Assembly: GCA_000004695.1 (NCBI GenBank)
Contig: CM000152.2
Coordinates: forward strand, 1,152,001-1,216,000
Reading direction: 5' to 3'
Length of the DNA stretch: 64,000 nt
DNA from: Dictyostelium discoideum
Lineage: Eukaryota
Notes under the pieces: generated by a model
Seen by the model: only the letters and a program-made list of their open reading frames with translations
Told to the model about the DNA's origin: nothing
The model's database searches: none
Made by a program: the position numbers and the translations under genes
Part shown: one piece after another, positions 59,945 through 64,000 of the stretch
How the letters are laid out: each line of letters starts with the position of its first letter
Position numbering within the stretch: the first letter of the stretch is position 1

Positions 59945-61733
59945 TTTATTTTATTTTATTTTTTATTTTATTTTTTTTTTTTTTATTTTATTTTTATTTT
60001 TTATTTTTATTTTTATTTTTTTTGACATGGTTTGTCATGTTTGCGCATTTTTGATAATAAAAAAAAAAAAAAATCTTAAGTTTTTCAAATAAAAATAAAG
60101 ATTTTTTTTTTTTATTTTTTTTTTATTTTTTTTTATTTTTTTTTTTATTTTTTTTTTTTATTTTTTTTTTTGGCAGTATAAATTTTTTTATTTATTTTTT
60201 ATTTCCAATTAAAAAAAAAACAAAAAAAAAAAAAAAAACTTTATAGCCTTTAAAGTATGTACATGATTTGATTATCTTTTTTTATTTATTTTTTTTTTTC
60301 ATTTTTTATTTTTTTTAGATTATTTTTATTGTTAAAACTTCTTAAAAATAAGCAACCAACAAGGTGTTTGCACACACATGCCCCATTATTTTTTGTGAAA
60401 ATGAAACAACAACGGTTTCTTTTCCTAATTTGGTTGTTTTTTTTTTTTAAATTTTTTTTTTTATTTTTTTTTTTTTAAAATTTTTTTTTTTAAAATTTTT
60501 TTTTTTTAATGTTTTTATTTTTTTATTTTTGTTAAAAATTTTTGTCTTAGCCAGCACCCCAACAATATTCATTTTCATTCCAAAGGTTTATTAATAAAAT
60601 AAAAAAAATAAATAAATAAAAATAATAATAAAAATTTATAATTAAAGTAACTAAAAAATAAAAAAATAAATAATAAAACATAAAAAAATAAATAATAATA
60701 ATAAAATTTCAAAAATCAAAAGAAAATCAAAAAAAAAAAACAAAATAATTATATTTTTTCAAGTAAGAGAATAAATTATTGTTAATATCAATATTTCACC
60801 AAAGCTTTCTTTAATTAGCAGCTTTGATTTTTTTTTTTTTCTTTTTTTTTTTTTTATTTTTTATTTTTTTTTTTTTTTATTATCAATTGCAGATACACAA
60901 TAAAAACATAACCACCACCACTACTACCACTACCACTACCAAAATCAAATACATTTACATCATATATTATCAAATTCAGATTGTTGGAAAAACTCACAAA
61001 AAAAAAATCAAAATTATCATTTTCTTCTTGGGGGTTTGTTAAATTTATTTTTTATTTTTATTTTTTTTTTTTTTTACTTTTATTTGCTTACTTGTGTGGT
61101 ATTGTGTTGAATTCAACACATCAAAAGCGTTTATCATAATGCCACACTAAATTTAGTGGCAATAAAAATAAATATCCATGATTGCAACAGTAATAAAAAA
61201 AGGAAAAATAAAAAAAAATAAACCACTTTTTTTTTTTATTTTTTATTTTTTTTTATTATTTTTTTTTTTTTTTGCCCATTATTAGATATAAAAAAAATTA
61301 ATAAAATTAATAAAATTAAAAAAAAAAAAAAAAAAAAAAATGGGGGTGGATAGTTTAATTTGATATATCAAATTTGACAATCGCCCCCACTTCATTAAAA
61401 AAAAAAAAAATAATAATAATTTTTTCTACCCCCTCCTCACACGCACTTTATTGTTTTTTTTTTCAATAATTATATTTTTAATTTAATTTAATTTAATTTT
61501 TATTTTTATTTTTTTTATTTTCATTTTTTTTATTATTATTTTTTTCTTTATTAATTGAGTTTTTTTTTTTTTTTATTTTTTTAATTTCATTTGATTTCAT
61601 ACTTTTTATTATTATAAATTTTTTTTTTAGATTCTCTCTAACATTTTTTTTTAATTAAATTTTCAAAAACAAATAAATAAAATATTAATACAAAAAGTAG
61701 TAAAAAACTTTCAAACAACATCAAAAATAAAAA

Positions 61734-62120
61734 ATGAACTCTTTCTTTGGTAAGTTATAATATTAAATTTTTTTTTTTTTTTATAATTATACTAATTAAT
61801 ATATATATATATATATATATTTTTTTTTTTTTTCTTCTTCTCTCATTTAAAATAGACCTTTTCAAATCACCATCAAAAAATACCAAAACTGGTTTATCAA
61901 GTTCAATGGACTCAATAACTGAACCAAAATCAAATATGTCTTCACCATCTTTAAATTCATCCACATCAAGTTTATCTTCACCATCTTTAAATTCATCTCC
62001 ATCATTAAGCTCATCAACTGATGGTGCTTTCATAATGAGAACAACATCTTCTCCATCAATTGATATTCCAAATAGAGAATCCTCTTACTTTAGAATGCTC
62101 CAAGTTGTTGAAGCTGGTTC

Positions 62121-62127
<7 letters not shown>
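61734..62127 (+). CDS. Small Ser/Pro-rich protein of unknown function; exons 61734..61749 and 61856..62127 (about 95 aa)
   Basis: A 5-codon first exon (MNSFF) ends in a canonical GTAAGT donor at 61750, and an AAATAG acceptor at 61855 joins in phase 1 to ORF 61747..62127. Repeated SPSLNSS units are present. Confidence 0.4.
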
Positions 62128-62172
<45 letters not shown>

Positions 62173-62578
62173 AACTTTGTACATATCGAAGAAAATAATA
62201 ATAATAATAATAACTTTACCAATTCAATTTTTTGTTGTAAATATTTCATAAAACAAAAACAAAAAGACAAAAAAAAAAAAATAATAATAATCATAATAAT
62301 TAAGCAAGAGGTATAAGTAAATTCTTGTATTTCTTGAAAAATGTGCATTTTTTTTATTGTAAATAATTAATATCAAACAATACATCCAATGATAAGGGAT
62401 TTATAATTTCTATCGCTTGTAAATAATTTTTTAAAAATAAAAAATAAAAAAAAAAATAAAAAAATAAAAAAATAAAAAAATAAAAAAAAAATAAACAATA
62501 CTCCCATCAAACGTACTTTAAAACTTCTTTTTCTTTTTTTTTTTTTTTTTTTATTTTTTTATTTTATCGTTTTAATTT

Positions 62579-62626
<48 letters not shown>

Positions 62627-62677
62627 TCGGGGTGATTTAATTTCATTTTTTTATTTTTTTCATTATGTTTTTCAAAA

Positions 62678-64000
<1,323 letters not shown>

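Overview
The window is AT-rich nuclear DNA that looks like the Dictyostelium discoideum chromosome-3 region around pikA, aco2, pah and elp4. Coding sequence is about 30% GC, intergenic sequence is near-pure A/T with long homopolymer runs, and introns are short with GTAAGT/GTATGT donors. (AAT)n/(CAA)n tracts encode poly-Asn/poly-Gln. I could splice about 24 protein-coding genes from the ORF track plus classical Dictyostelium splice signals; exon coordinates come from my own by-eye splicing and the final exon of each gene includes its stop codon. Recognisable genes include ube2c, pikA, mitochondrial aconitase, pah, elp4, RAD18, LUC7, Dus1, Tom40 and a NEDD8-specific protease (full list in features). 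I found no rRNA or tRNA genes, no CRISPR array and no recognisable transposon. The most interesting item is a roughly 2233-aa type-I membrane protein that fuses two glycosyltransferase domains to an IPT/TIG domain, polycystin-like REJ repeats, a GPS motif, one TM helix and an IQ-motif tail. Other notable items are an apparent 1-bp frameshift in pah exon 4, a receptor-like pseudokinase, a convergent pair of paralogous secreted Cys-rich genes, recurring G-box/CA-rich promoter motifs (one as a tandem 45-bp duplication), and an anomalous GC-rich block inside the dus gene.
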